A DNA stretch of 64,000 nucleotides from Cyanobacteria bacterium P01_F01_bin.150 (lineage in GTDB: Bacteria; Cyanobacteriota; Cyanobacteriia; CAKZMO01). The stretch is from contig JBCCYL010000006.1 in NCBI GenBank assembly GCA_039189765.1, positions 101,630-165,629 on the forward strand. Direction: 5' to 3'. The notes under the pieces are model-generated. The model worked only from the letters and a program-made list of their open reading frames with translations. It did not search any database and was not told the origin of the DNA. The first letter of the stretch is position 1, and each line of letters starts with the position of its first letter. A program made the translations under genes and the position numbers. This document shows positions 1 through 9,740 of this stretch, one piece after another.

Positions 1-637
1 TCATCACGGGTCGTTCCCACCCGGATAGAGGACGTTGACGATCGTCACGTTGATTCCAATCCGCCACGACTAAAATGCCACCAGGCTTTACGACTCGCAG
101 CAATTCTTTGGCAAATACCTCTTTATCCGGCATGTGGGGACCAGCTTCTACCGACCACACAACATCAAAACTAGCATCAGCATAAGACAATGCCATAGCA
201 TCATCCACGTGAAACTTAGCGGTCACTCCGTCTGGAGTCAGTTCAGTCGCGCGTTTGACTTGGCCGGGGCTAATGGTCACTCCAGTGACATCGAAACCGT
301 AGTCTTTGGCTAAAATGCGACTGCTTCCACCAATTCCACAGCCCACATCCAGGACTGTTGTGCCTTTGGGCATACGCTCAAGTCCACCCCAACGCACCAT
401 TTCATGGACAAAGTTAGCCTTGGCAACTCGAAAGTCTTTCTTTCTGGGTGGCGAACCATAGTGGCCTAAATGAATATGCTCACCCCAGTAGAACTCTAAG
501 ATTCCATCCTGAGTCCATTCATCATAGGACTTAGCAACAGAATCCGATGACTCATACTTGCGTGCCGTAAGTAGATAAATAGCAGCAGCAATCACCACTA
601 GGCCAAGAACCGAACTCGCAATAACCAATAAACCCAT
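1..637 (-). CDS. SAM-dependent methyltransferase, MPBQ/MSBQ (tocopherol/plastoquinone) methyltransferase-like; 3' end runs off the window
   Basis: Hand translation from ATG at 637 (not in ORF track): N-terminal TM segment, YDEWTQDGILEFYWGEHIHLGHY, SAM motif VLDVGCGIGGS, WSVEAGPHMPDK, ADWNQRDDR; frame open to the window edge. Confidence 0.88.
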   Translation of the reverse strand, partial: MGLLVIASSVLGLVVIAAAIYLLTARKYESSDSVAKSYDEWTQDGILEFYWGEHIHLGHYGSPPRKKDFRVAKANFVHEMVRWGGLERMPKGTTVLDVGCGIGGSSRILAKDYGFDVTGVTISPGQVKRATELTPDGVTAKFHVDDAMALSYADASFDVVWSVEAGPHMPDKEVFAKELLRVVKPGGILVVADWNQRDDRQRPLSGWERPVM

Positions 638-709
638 GAAACCCCTACTGCCTGGTATTTTAACCAACATTCTTTAGTGTAAAGCGGTTCGGAATAATTT
701 GCATGTTGC

Positions 710-1360
710 CTAGGTTGCCCGTTTTCGCTGGCTCATTGCCTTTTCAATGCGCTGAAATTCCTCTTTCACCTCTGCCCAAAGACGACGATTGTAGGGGTCG
801 GCTTTGAGCGCTTTTTTAAGATATATCTGAGCTTTGCGATATTCCTTATTATTTGCCAGATAGCGTGCCCACTGCTGATAAGTAATTGCTTGCCACTGCT
901 GCACCTCTGGATCCTTCGGGATTCGCTGCACTAATCCTTCCACGAGAGCGATCGCCCTGGGAAAACGCTGATTTTTGAGAAATTGCTGAAGCTGTTCGTA
1001 GGATTGTTGTTTGAGTCGATTATCTATCGCCGATAATTGAGGATTCGTTTGGACGACTGGACGGGTTCGCCGTGCTCCATACTCAGGTACAGGACTTGAC
1101 GATGCTGACGATGATTGAGCTTGCCGAGCGTTTTGGGCCTGCACTTGACGCTTTGCTTTGACCGCCGCCGATGCCCCTAGCTTTAAAATCACCTGATACG
1201 CTTCAGTCACCTCAATAAACTGTTGACTGGCCCACTCCACTTGGTCTGGATTTACGTCTGGATGGTATCGTCGCGCCAGCCGACGATAGGCCGCCTTAAC
1301 GTCTTCGAAAGGTGCCCCAGGCACAATACCTAGTACATGGTAACAATTGACCAAATTCAT
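710..1360 (-). CDS. DnaJ (J-domain) protein with C-terminal TPR
   Basis: N-terminal J domain with HPD motif (ARRYHPDVN); helical TPR-like C-terminus (AQIYLKKALKADP). Confidence 0.85.
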   Translation of the reverse strand: MNLVNCYHVLGIVPGAPFEDVKAAYRRLARRYHPDVNPDQVEWASQQFIEVTEAYQVILKLGASAAVKAKRQVQAQNARQAQSSSASSSPVPEYGARRTRPVVQTNPQLSAIDNRLKQQSYEQLQQFLKNQRFPRAIALVEGLVQRIPKDPEVQQWQAITYQQWARYLANNKEYRKAQIYLKKALKADPYNRRLWAEVKEEFQRIEKAMSQRKRAT

Positions 1361-1440
1361 TACATGCCCGAACCCATCACACCAAGGGATACATCAATCT
1401 CAACGGATCTTTTTCTTACATACTGAGTCAATCTAAACAC

Positions 1441-1473
1441 AAAAAATGGCAGAATCCTGCTTAATTCTGCCAT
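1441..1473 (-). terminator. Rho-independent terminator downstream of the clp operon
   Basis: 10-bp stem ATGGCAGAAT/ATTCTGCCAT followed by a T-run on the minus strand. Confidence 0.6.
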
Positions 1474-1577
1474 CAATCAAATAAGGTATCAACTATGTAT
1501 GATCATGGCGCACATGCCCCCCACGCTTTCTCAGTATCTATCTTGGGCTAGAGCTATGGGTTTGTATTTTAAGGCGA

Positions 1578-1607
1578 GTTTCTGGGGGCGCTTCGCGCCC
1601 CAGAAAC
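1578..1607. repeat. Short GC-rich REP-like hairpin
   Basis: GTTTCTGGGG-GCGCTTCGCG-CCCCAGAAAC; similar hairpins at 33171 and 39615. Confidence 0.55.
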
Positions 1608-1643
1608 CCATTCAATTCTTCCCAGATTAAGCTATACGCCGAG

Positions 1644-2246
1644 CTATGCGGAAGTATGGTCTTCAATGACTCGATCAATCAGACCGTACTCCATTGCTTC
1701 TTGAGCAGACATAAAATTATCGCGGTCTGTATCCTTTTCAATTTGTTCGACAGTCTGGCCTGTATGTTCAGCCATCAACTCATTTAACTCTTGACGAACG
1801 CGAAGGATCTGATTGGCCTCAATTTCAATATCCGTTGCTTGGCCACGACCCACCCCCCCCAAAGGCTGGTGAATCATAATGCGAGCGTGGGGCAAGGCGA
1901 GCCGCTTTCCCTTGGTGCCCGCTGTCAACAAAAATGCTCCCATCGACGCAGCTAAACCAACACAAATCGTGACTACTTCCGACTTAATGTGCTGCATCGT
2001 ATCGTACATGGCCATTCCTGCCGTCACTGAACCGCCAGGAGAGTTGATGTAAAGATAAATTGGCTTGCCTGGATCTTCAGAGTCCAGATACAGCATGTAG
2101 GCGACAATGGCATTGGCGATCGCATCGTCTACCTCTTCAGCCAAGAAAATAATTCGTTCCCGAAATAGCCGCTCATAGATATTAATCCATTGCTCATACT
2201 GACTACCGGGAAGACGAAACGGAACGCTCGGAACACCAATCGGCAT
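1644..2246 (-). CDS. clpP: ATP-dependent Clp protease proteolytic subunit (active, ClpP3-like)
   Basis: Catalytic Ser ([11 protein letters not shown]), His (RIMIHQP) and Asp (DRDNFM) present; YINSPGGSV motif. Confidence 0.95.
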   Translation of the reverse strand: MPIGVPSVPFRLPGSQYEQWINIYERLFRERIIFLAEEVDDAIANAIVAYMLYLDSEDPGKPIYLYINSPGGSVTAGMAMYDTMQHIKSEVVTICVGLAASMGAFLLTAGTKGKRLALPHARIMIHQPLGGVGRGQATDIEIEANQILRVRQELNELMAEHTGQTVEQIEKDTDRDNFMSAQEAMEYGLIDRVIEDHTSA

Positions 2247-2325
2247 AGGACTTTACCAATAAATAAACAACAGTAAGGATCGACCCACAAAGTAGGTTAC
2301 AAAGTTGACAAAGCAACTCTCAGCT

Positions 2326-2994
2326 TTAGAGAGAACTCGTCCCCGTAGGCGCACTCGCTTTTCCTAGAACCTGATCCACGAGTCCATAATCCAATGCCTC
2401 TTGGGGAGACATATAGAACATACGGTTCATATCCTTCGCCAATTTTTCTACAGACTGCCCTGTGTTCTGGGCGAAAATTTCTAAAACCGTTGACCGCTTA
2501 GAAACCACTTCTTGTGCACCAATTTGAATATCCGTAGCCTGTCCTTGGGTCAAGTTGGGTGGCTGGTTCAAAGCAATGGATGCATGGGGTAAACTAGCCC
2601 GTTTACCCTTGGAACCTGACGATAAAATCATGGCTGAAATACCCACAGCTTGCCCCATACAGATGGTCACCATCTCCGACTTAATATGCTGCATAGTGTC
2701 ATAAATAGCCAGACCAGACATGATAGAAATCATGCCAGACGACATATTTGCCATGCCTGCCTCAACCGGATCGCCGAAGGAGTTAATGTACAGATAGATG
2801 GGTTTGCTGGGGTCGTCTGAATCCAGATACAGCAAACGGGACACAATAGAATTGGCAACCCCCGTTGTCAGGGGTTGGTTGAGAAAAATAATTCGTTCCT
2901 GACTGAGTCGGGTATAAATATTCACCCATTGCCAAGACTGGCTGCCAGGAAGATTGTATGGAACCCGAAGGATTGGATCAACGGACATAAACAA
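2326..2994 (-). CDS. Clp protease non-catalytic subunit (second ClpR-like paralog)
   Basis: ClpP fold, but catalytic Ser replaced by Gly ([11 protein letters not shown]) and His by Asn (ASIALNQP). Confidence 0.85.
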   Translation of the reverse strand: MFMSVDPILRVPYNLPGSQSWQWVNIYTRLSQERIIFLNQPLTTGVANSIVSRLLYLDSDDPSKPIYLYINSFGDPVEAGMANMSSGMISIMSGLAIYDTMQHIKSEMVTICMGQAVGISAMILSSGSKGKRASLPHASIALNQPPNLTQGQATDIQIGAQEVVSKRSTVLEIFAQNTGQSVEKLAKDMNRMFYMSPQEALDYGLVDQVLGKASAPTGTSSL

Positions 2995-3072
2995 GCCTGC
3001 TCAGGAATGATCAATAACAACAATCGTATTGGGAAGAAAGGCGAAAGAATGATGGCCTTAGTTCAATCCAAA

Positions 3073-3765
3073 TCAAGTCAAAGCAGCAATAGGAGCGGGT
3101 AATTCCTTAGTACTTTCCAATACACGATCGATAATGCCGTATTCTTTAGCCTCTTCTGGATTCATATAAAACATGCGATCGCTATCTTTAATCAGCTTAT
3201 CCACTGGCTGTCCCGTATTTCGGGTCAAAATTTCGAACATCGCCTGTCGATTGTCCAATACCTCTTTGGCCCGAATCTGAATGTCTGTCGCCTGACCCCG
3301 TGCCCCGCTCTTCGGCTGATTCAGCACAATAGTCGCGTGGGGTAGGCTAGCTCGATAGCCCTTCGTTCCAGAGGACAATATCATGGCAGCTGTGCCCATT
3401 GCCTGGCCAATACAAATCGTATGAACAGGAGGTTTAATATAGTTGATGGTGTCACAGATGGCAAAGGCTTCAGTCTCAAACCCCACCGAATCTCCGGTGT
3501 ACCATGACGTTCCGGTGGAATTGATGTAGAAAAAGATTGGCTTTTCCGCACTATCAAACTGCAGATAGAGCAGCTGAGCAATAATTAGCTTGGTCACATC
3601 CAAACCTAGCTGACGCTTGGCATCATCAGATGAAAAGAGAGGAAGCCCCAAGTAAACGATCCGCTCCTTGAGAAGCAACGAAGGAAGATCGGGGGGAGGA
3701 GTACGATAGAATGCGTCTCCGCCACCGCCATAGGGAGCTTGGATTGCTTTGATGGGTGAAGTCAT
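3073..3765 (-). CDS. clpR: Clp protease non-catalytic subunit ClpR
   Basis: RTPPPDLPSLLLKERIVYLG N-terminus typical of ClpR; GQAMGTAAMIL and TIVLNQP lack the catalytic Ser/His. Confidence 0.92.
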   Translation of the reverse strand: MTSPIKAIQAPYGGGGDAFYRTPPPDLPSLLLKERIVYLGLPLFSSDDAKRQLGLDVTKLIIAQLLYLQFDSAEKPIFFYINSTGTSWYTGDSVGFETEAFAICDTINYIKPPVHTICIGQAMGTAAMILSSGTKGYRASLPHATIVLNQPKSGARGQATDIQIRAKEVLDNRQAMFEILTRNTGQPVDKLIKDSDRMFYMNPEEAKEYGIIDRVLESTKELPAPIAALT

Positions 3766-4157
3766 AGTCTACTTACAGCCTTAGTGCCTGATATCACGGC
3801 GATACGTATAACATAGTAACGTCTAACAGAGTAACGCGCCTGCGATCGCAACACATGGAGAGGTTTCCGTACTGTTGCAGCAATATTTTTCTACAATCTC
3901 TGCTCTATTGTTTGGACATTTACTGTAAGCAAATGGTATGCGCGTGACGCAACCAAACCATCATTCGTGCTTTTGCTCTCAACATAACCACTCCATTTTT
4001 GAGAGACGTGTTGTAAGGCTCCATAAAACTAACAGTAAGAGGAAAGGCTTCACGTCTTTGCAACTCACCGCAAATGCATCTTTGCTTTTGGACAAAGACC
4101 AGCACCACAGTATAATTTTGCCAATTAGCCACCCGCTCAAAAGCGCTGTTCTCTATA

Positions 4158-4487
4158 TTGTTCAACAAATTTATGCCCATGTCTGAATCTTCTAGCGAGC
4201 AACAATCCTCCGATATTAGTCAATTACCTAATGCAAAAACAGTAGCTCCGCCACAAGAACCGAACCAGACCCAAATGTCTGCCGGAAATACTGTGCTCAG
4301 TTTTTTGAGCAGCGTTTTTACTGTAATTTTTCGATTGGGATTGCTAACAGTTGGTTCAGGTCTGGCACTAGTAGTGGGAATGGCGATCGCCACCATCAGA
4401 CCTGCAGAAGTGACCGATGAACCACCTCTTTTAGAAACCGTTGTACAGCAGTTTGATCGCATTCGATCTTACAAAATTAAGCCCTAG
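4158..4487 (+). CDS. Small hypothetical membrane protein
   Basis: ORF with hydrophobic helices (FRLGLLTVGSGLALVVGMAIA) and PPLLE motif; true start probably a few codons downstream. Confidence 0.6.
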   Translation: MFNKFMPMSESSSEQQSSDISQLPNAKTVAPPQEPNQTQMSAGNTVLSFLSSVFTVIFRLGLLTVGSGLALVVGMAIATIRPAEVTDEPPLLETVVQQFDRIRSYKIKP

Positions 4488-4746
4488 CCTTTGAGGCTTG
4501 GACATCTTTAACAAACTGTTTGTATCCAAGAAGAGTCTTTTCAGATTTGAGATCAGCGAGGGTATGAAACGTAACTTTTCGTTCACCCTGACATTTATCC
4601 CATTCAGCCTGAAGGCCCTTATGGCTACAGCGTCCTTCACTTAATTGTCGAAGAAGAGGCTCCCATCGTTTTTTAAAGGTGTGCATTTCACCGACATACA
4701 GCCGCAATTGTCCAAGGTTAATGACGGCGAAAATTCCTGACGTCAT
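4477..4746 (-). CDS. Small GIY-YIG-like protein
   Basis: SGIF...LYVGE...KRW...H..LQAEW pattern resembles stand-alone GIY-YIG domains. Confidence 0.55.
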   Translation of the reverse strand: MTSGIFAVINLGQLRLYVGEMHTFKKRWEPLLRQLSEGRCSHKGLQAEWDKCQGERKVTFHTLADLKSEKTLLGYKQFVKDVQASKARA

Positions 4747-4927
4747 GGCTTGTCCTCTTAAGGCGAGACATTAATTAAGCACTATCTTTCCTCTATGGTA
4801 TTGCAAAAGACTCCCAGTCTAGCGATTGCATTAAGTGTTAATACCCCTGACATCTTGAGCTCAGAGAGATGAAGGTATATGAGCTTTAGTTTTGCGCTTT
4901 CGGTGGATTGACACCTTGGAGATCAGG

Positions 4928-6772
4928 ATGGGTAGTGCCGGATTTAATATTCAGATTGACTATCGCTTTGCAGGGGAGGATTTAAGCGATCAAAATAAAC
5001 AAAAAATTGAAGAGGCTGCACGAATTTGGGAAAGCTTTATTGCCGATGATTTTGAAGATATCCCTGCAGGCACTGAATTACCCATCACCAATCCAAGTAC
5101 AGGAAACGTCGTAGACATTACCCTGAGTGAAGCGATTGATGATGTCTTAATTTTTGTTGGTGTCCAATCTTTATCAGGAGATGCGTTAGCAGAAGCGGGT
5201 CCAGAGACGTTTGTTGGAGAAGCCCGTACCGATGGCGCGGATTTCCAACCCTATGTAGGGACTATGACTCTCAATAAAGATATTTCATTTGTATCGGTTG
5301 ATACGATCCTTCATGAAATGGCCCATGTGTTGGGCTTTGGCACATCAGATATTTTTTCTCAAAAAGCGGCTAATCTTAGCTTTGATGGTGCCACGGTTCG
5401 AGCAGTCAACAATAATTCACCCATTCCTTTAACATCAGATGAACACATTGAATCAACCTTTAAGCTTGCCAATGGTTTGATTCCAACGATGAATCCAGCA
5501 GATGGTGCATCTGGATTACCCACTGTTATTGACCTAGCGCTTTTGGCGGATATTGGCTATGAGATTCCCGCCTTAGCCAATGCTGCTGTTGGGGCTCCAG
5601 TTCCTGTGGTGAACCATACGCTCCAGGGCACTGACGGAGATGATGGCACCCTAAGCGATCAGTTGCCCCTGGCAGGCTTAAATGGGGCAGATACCATTTT
5701 GGGTGGTAAGGGCAACGACGTGATTATGGGAGCCTATATTCACCTCACGGACCTAGACAGCGATAGCGACGATCGGCTTGATGGAGGTGAGGGTAATGAC
5801 ACCATTGAGGGCGGAGGCGGTGATGACCTGATTATTGGCGGTCCCGGCAATGATGAACTGTACGGCGAGGGGATTACAGGGGAGCGAGAGGACTATGTGG
5901 GCGAGCTATTCTCCGTGACCTACAGCCCCACAGGAAAAGATACCTTTGCCTTTCATTTAGGCAGCGGTGCAGATATCATCCATGATTTTGGTGTTGATTA
6001 TGATTTTATTCAAATTGACCCTGGCTATGGATTTTCCACGCCAGCAGATCTATTGAATCAATTAACCACGGTCCAATCCTTATCCAACAATCGCACCCAG
6101 TCCACCCTAGATTTGGGTAATGGGAATCAAATTACGATTAACCATGATAAGCCGCTCACAGAAGCCAACTTCAGAGTTGAAAGCGTTCCGACCCTTAGTC
6201 TAGAAACCGCACCAAGTACCTCTCCAAGTAGTAATACGTCTGACAATGACAATAATGATTCTCCCCACTTGGCTCAGGGCAGTGATGGTCCCGATCGCCT
6301 CTTCGGTAATGAAAATACAGGCGATCGCATTCTCGGCGGTGAGGGAAACGATCGCATTCGTGGGCTATCTGGGCCAGATCGGCTGGTGGGTGGCAACGGC
6401 AATGACAGGCTATTTGGCGATGAAGATAATGATACACTGCTGGGAAATAATGGCAACGATAAACTCGTCGGTGGAGATGGAGACGATAAACTCAAAGGGG
6501 GTCGGGGACGCGATCGCCTCGATGGTGGGCTTGGCGACGATGTGTTGATAGGTGGAGGTGGACGCGATCGCTTCTTCCTACGCGAAGATGAAGGCACAGA
6601 TATTATTCGCGGCTTTCGTTTAGACCAAGATATTCTCAAATTTAGAGGCATTCAACCTGCCGATGTTGATTTTTTCCAAGACGGCAACGATACAATTATT
6701 AGCCTTGGAAACGAAGATTTAGCGATTGTCAAAAATATAGACGCCCTTGATCTAAAATTTTTCTTTGACTAA
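4928..6772 (+). CDS. Zinc metalloprotease (metzincin/leishmanolysin-like) with RTX-type calcium-binding repeats
   Basis: HEMAHVLGFG zinc motif, downstream His (SDEH) and Met-turn-like PTMNP; many GGxGxD nonapeptides; ATG at 4928 preferred over TTG at 4892. Confidence 0.85.
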   Translation: MGSAGFNIQIDYRFAGEDLSDQNKQKIEEAARIWESFIADDFEDIPAGTELPITNPSTGNVVDITLSEAIDDVLIFVGVQSLSGDALAEAGPETFVGEARTDGADFQPYVGTMTLNKDISFVSVDTILHEMAHVLGFGTSDIFSQKAANLSFDGATVRAVNNNSPIPLTSDEHIESTFKLANGLIPTMNPADGASGLPTVIDLALLADIGYEIPALANAAVGAPVPVVNHTLQGTDGDDGTLSDQLPLAGLNGADTILGGKGNDVIMGAYIHLTDLDSDSDDRLDGGEGNDTIEGGGGDDLIIGGPGNDELYGEGITGEREDYVGELFSVTYSPTGKDTFAFHLGSGADIIHDFGVDYDFIQIDPGYGFSTPADLLNQLTTVQSLSNNRTQSTLDLGNGNQITINHDKPLTEANFRVESVPTLSLETAPSTSPSSNTSDNDNNDSPHLAQGSDGPDRLFGNENTGDRILGGEGNDRIRGLSGPDRLVGGNGNDRLFGDEDNDTLLGNNGNDKLVGGDGDDKLKGGRGRDRLDGGLGDDVLIGGGGRDRFFLREDEGTDIIRGFRLDQDILKFRGIQPADVDFFQDGNDTIISLGNEDLAIVKNIDALDLKFFFD

Positions 6773-7146
6773 AAACTATCAAGAATCTTCAACAAATTTT
6801 TCCGAATTTTTTCAATTTTCGTCCCTAGAAAGGATACTGATGGATATCTTCTCTAGGAGCTAATAATGCCTCATAGCGATCGCGTCTATTTTTGACTCGG
6901 GTAGGATGGCTTGCTAGGGCTGACCCATATTATCAAACGGGAGCCGCTTAAAACCTTCACTTCGATTTGACATCAAAGCGTAACAAGAATGTTAATATGC
7001 CATAGACTATTATTGTCAGAATTTATACCTCTTTCCTATTTATTATGCTAGTGATATTGCTTAATATTAGAGTTTTAATAGCTTTCGCTATATTGCTGAA
7101 ATAATGAATTTCGTAAAAAGAGCCACAAATCTATCACCCACGATTA

Positions 7147-7277
7147 CAGCAATTCTCAGTTCGAAAATTTCACCTAAAATTATTAGATATGCTGTCAATA
7201 GCAATCTCTAAAAGCCTCATCCTCTCGTGTCAGATTTCATATCTTACTGGGCTGCAAAGCTAAACTGAGAATTGCTG
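7147..7277. mobile_element. MITE (131 bp) with 15-bp terminal inverted repeats and 9-bp target-site duplication
   Basis: TIRs CAGCAATTCTCAGTT (7147-7161) and AACTGAGAATTGCTG (7263-7277); direct repeat CCACGATTA at 7138-7146 and 7278-7286; no coding capacity. Confidence 0.9.
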
Positions 7278-7401
7278 CCACGATTATTAATAAATTGCGT
7301 AGTAATCTTAATTTTTATAAGCTAAATATTACAAAATTAAGATCTACTTTCTGTTATTATTAGCCGTGTTAAAAGCTTTCGGCAAAGTTAGACATACTGA
7401 T

Positions 7402-8082
7402 ATGTTTATAGATAAGAGTATTATCGATAATGTCCGTCATAACTATGAGAAAATATTGCTGTATCATCAGTACCTCAAACACCTATTTATCACTTTAGAC
7501 TGTCGATTAGAGTATGGAGACAATGGTAAGCGACTGTTGCCCCTTTCTTATAAAAGGTTATTTGCGAATTCCAGTGATTATGCCTTACATAGTGATCGCG
7601 AACGACCAGGTGAGTTATGGTTACCTCCATGGCATGGTCGATTTTATGTTGATGCAGATTGTTTAGAAGATCAAGCTAATGTGCTCTCTATTGATGATTA
7701 TCCTGCCACCCAGATTGAGTATTTAGCTTTTATTTGGACCTGGATTGGCTGTAATGATGCCTATGTTATGGATCAGGAGCAACCCGAATGTTGGTTGGGT
7801 ATTGTAAAGCCTCAACCTGTGGAACCGGTACCTTCCATTTATGATGTTGCGAATATGATCTGGAAGTTTATCCGCGTTGAGAAAGATGCAATTGAAGAAC
7901 AGGATAAAGGATGGATTAAGGGTCGTTTTTATCCCAATCATATGGGTTCTAAACTTAACGGGTACTGGAAAGTAAAACGCTTACCCTTAAGTAAACTTTC
8001 AAATATACATGGGATTCAACAACTGGTTGTTTCGTGTCTTACTGAAGAATTTAGAGCATTAGACATTTCTCCTAACTTCTAA
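7402..8082 (+). CDS. Hypothetical protein, paralog 1 of tandem triplet
   Basis: ATG at 7402 (MFIDKS) aligns with the start of paralog 3; shares LEYG, WLxPWxGRFY, WxGCxD, PECW and IYDVA motifs. Confidence 0.85.
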   Translation: MFIDKSIIDNVRHNYEKILLYHQYLKHLFITLDCRLEYGDNGKRLLPLSYKRLFANSSDYALHSDRERPGELWLPPWHGRFYVDADCLEDQANVLSIDDYPATQIEYLAFIWTWIGCNDAYVMDQEQPECWLGIVKPQPVEPVPSIYDVANMIWKFIRVEKDAIEEQDKGWIKGRFYPNHMGSKLNGYWKVKRLPLSKLSNIHGIQQLVVSCLTEEFRALDISPNF

Positions 8083-8263
8083 ACAAACAAAAAAAATTAT
8101 GCTGTCAATACCTACTTTAATAATTATAATATGAGACTATTTAAAATATAGATTAAACGCGGAAAATAGCATTATAAGTACCTAAATAATTAGGTTTTCA
8201 TACAGTTTATAACTCACGCTATATTAACAACCATTAGCGTTTCATTTTACGAGAGGCTAGAAT

Positions 8264-8917
8264 ATGACTGAAGAGGTAAAAAATATACTAAGCGCTGCTG
8301 ATACATATCACAATATGCTTGCATGCTATGAGTATATCAAAAAATTCTATACGACGTTAGATAAGCATCTTGAATATGGAGAAATAGGAAAGAAATTTTT
8401 ACCGATTTCAAAGAATAGAATCTTCGTAGATTCAAACGACTATGCTTTATATAGCAAACATCCATATAGTGATTGGTTATCACCGTGGTATGGTCGATTT
8501 TATGTTGACAACCACCATCTATCAACCAATTTTTCAATTGACGATCACTCTGTAAGTCAAGTGACACATTTAATCTTTGCATGGCTATGGATCGGCTGCA
8601 AAGATCCGCTGGTCCCTAATGCTGAGCATCCTGAGTGCTGGATTGGTGTAGTTGAAACTCAATCATCTAATCCAGACGCTCGAATTTATGATGTTGCTGA
8701 TATGATCTACAAATTTCTACGAATTGAAAGCAGCATTTCAGAAACTCCTGAAGGATGGGTTCGTGGACGTTTATTTCCTAATGATGTCGGATCCCAAGCA
8801 AGTGGTTTTTGGGAGCTAAAACGTTTTCCTCTGAAAAATATTTCTACACCCTATGACATTCATCATTGCATTGTTGATCCATTGACTAAAAAATATGATG
8901 AAATTAGCAATAGATAA
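8264..8917 (+). CDS. Hypothetical protein, paralog 2 of tandem triplet
   Basis: 217-aa ORF, GAGAGG RBS-like site upstream, same conserved motifs. Confidence 0.88.
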   Translation: MTEEVKNILSAADTYHNMLACYEYIKKFYTTLDKHLEYGEIGKKFLPISKNRIFVDSNDYALYSKHPYSDWLSPWYGRFYVDNHHLSTNFSIDDHSVSQVTHLIFAWLWIGCKDPLVPNAEHPECWIGVVETQSSNPDARIYDVADMIYKFLRIESSISETPEGWVRGRLFPNDVGSQASGFWELKRFPLKNISTPYDIHHCIVDPLTKKYDEISNR

Positions 8918-9049
8918 TATATATCTATTGCAAGGTAATTTTTATAGAGATCATGGTAAAGTTCTCTATATATCATAAAAAATATTTTTTAAATAACTGA
9001 AAGCGTATTTATTGGCTATTGTTAATGTTGATTTCTTACAAGTTTAGAT

Positions 9050-9706
9050 ATGTTTGTAGAGAGCAGTTGGATTGATAAAGCACCTGAAAGCTATAGGAAT
9101 ATGTTTGCTTACTATGAAGCAATCAAAACAATGTTTGAGACGCTAGATAAGCATCTTGAATATGGCGAGAGGGGCAAGCAGTTTTTACCATTGTCGAAAA
9201 ATCAAGTTTTTGCTCACCATACCGATTTTGCGATGTATGATCAGCACCCTTACAATACCTGGCTATCGCCTTGGTATGGTCGCTTTTACATCGACAAGCA
9301 CTGCTACGTAGAAAATTGTAATATTGATGATTATCTGGCTAAAGACGTGGGTCGCCTGGCGTTTGTTTGGGTATGGATGGGTTGCTATGATCCTTGTGTC
9401 GCCGATTCTAAAGAACCTGAGTGTTGGCTTGGAACGAGTGAACCGCAACCATCTGACCCAACGCTTCGAATTTATGATGTGGCTAAAATGATGTGGTCAT
9501 TCTTTCGGGTAGAGACCACAACCGAGGGGGAAACCGAAGGATGGCTAAATGGTCGTTTTTACCCAAATGATTGTGGCTCTCAGCTAAATGGTCCTTGGAA
9601 AATAAGGCGCTTTCCCTTTGTGGATATTACTACTCCATACGGTATCGACAGATGTATTGTTGCACCTCTCACTAAAGAGTTCCAATCATCACACAATAAT
9701 AATTAA
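9050..9706 (+). CDS. Hypothetical protein, paralog 3 of tandem triplet
   Basis: 218-aa ORF with the same conserved motifs. Confidence 0.88.
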   Translation: MFVESSWIDKAPESYRNMFAYYEAIKTMFETLDKHLEYGERGKQFLPLSKNQVFAHHTDFAMYDQHPYNTWLSPWYGRFYIDKHCYVENCNIDDYLAKDVGRLAFVWVWMGCYDPCVADSKEPECWLGTSEPQPSDPTLRIYDVAKMMWSFFRVETTTEGETEGWLNGRFYPNDCGSQLNGPWKIRRFPFVDITTPYGIDRCIVAPLTKEFQSSHNNN

Positions 9707-9740
9707 GTCCAAGGCTGGTTTGCCTGAATTCTCATTGTAG

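Noticed and set aside
6274..6651. Ser/Pro/Arg-rich antisense ORF
   Set aside because: Mirror of the GGxGxD RTX repeats
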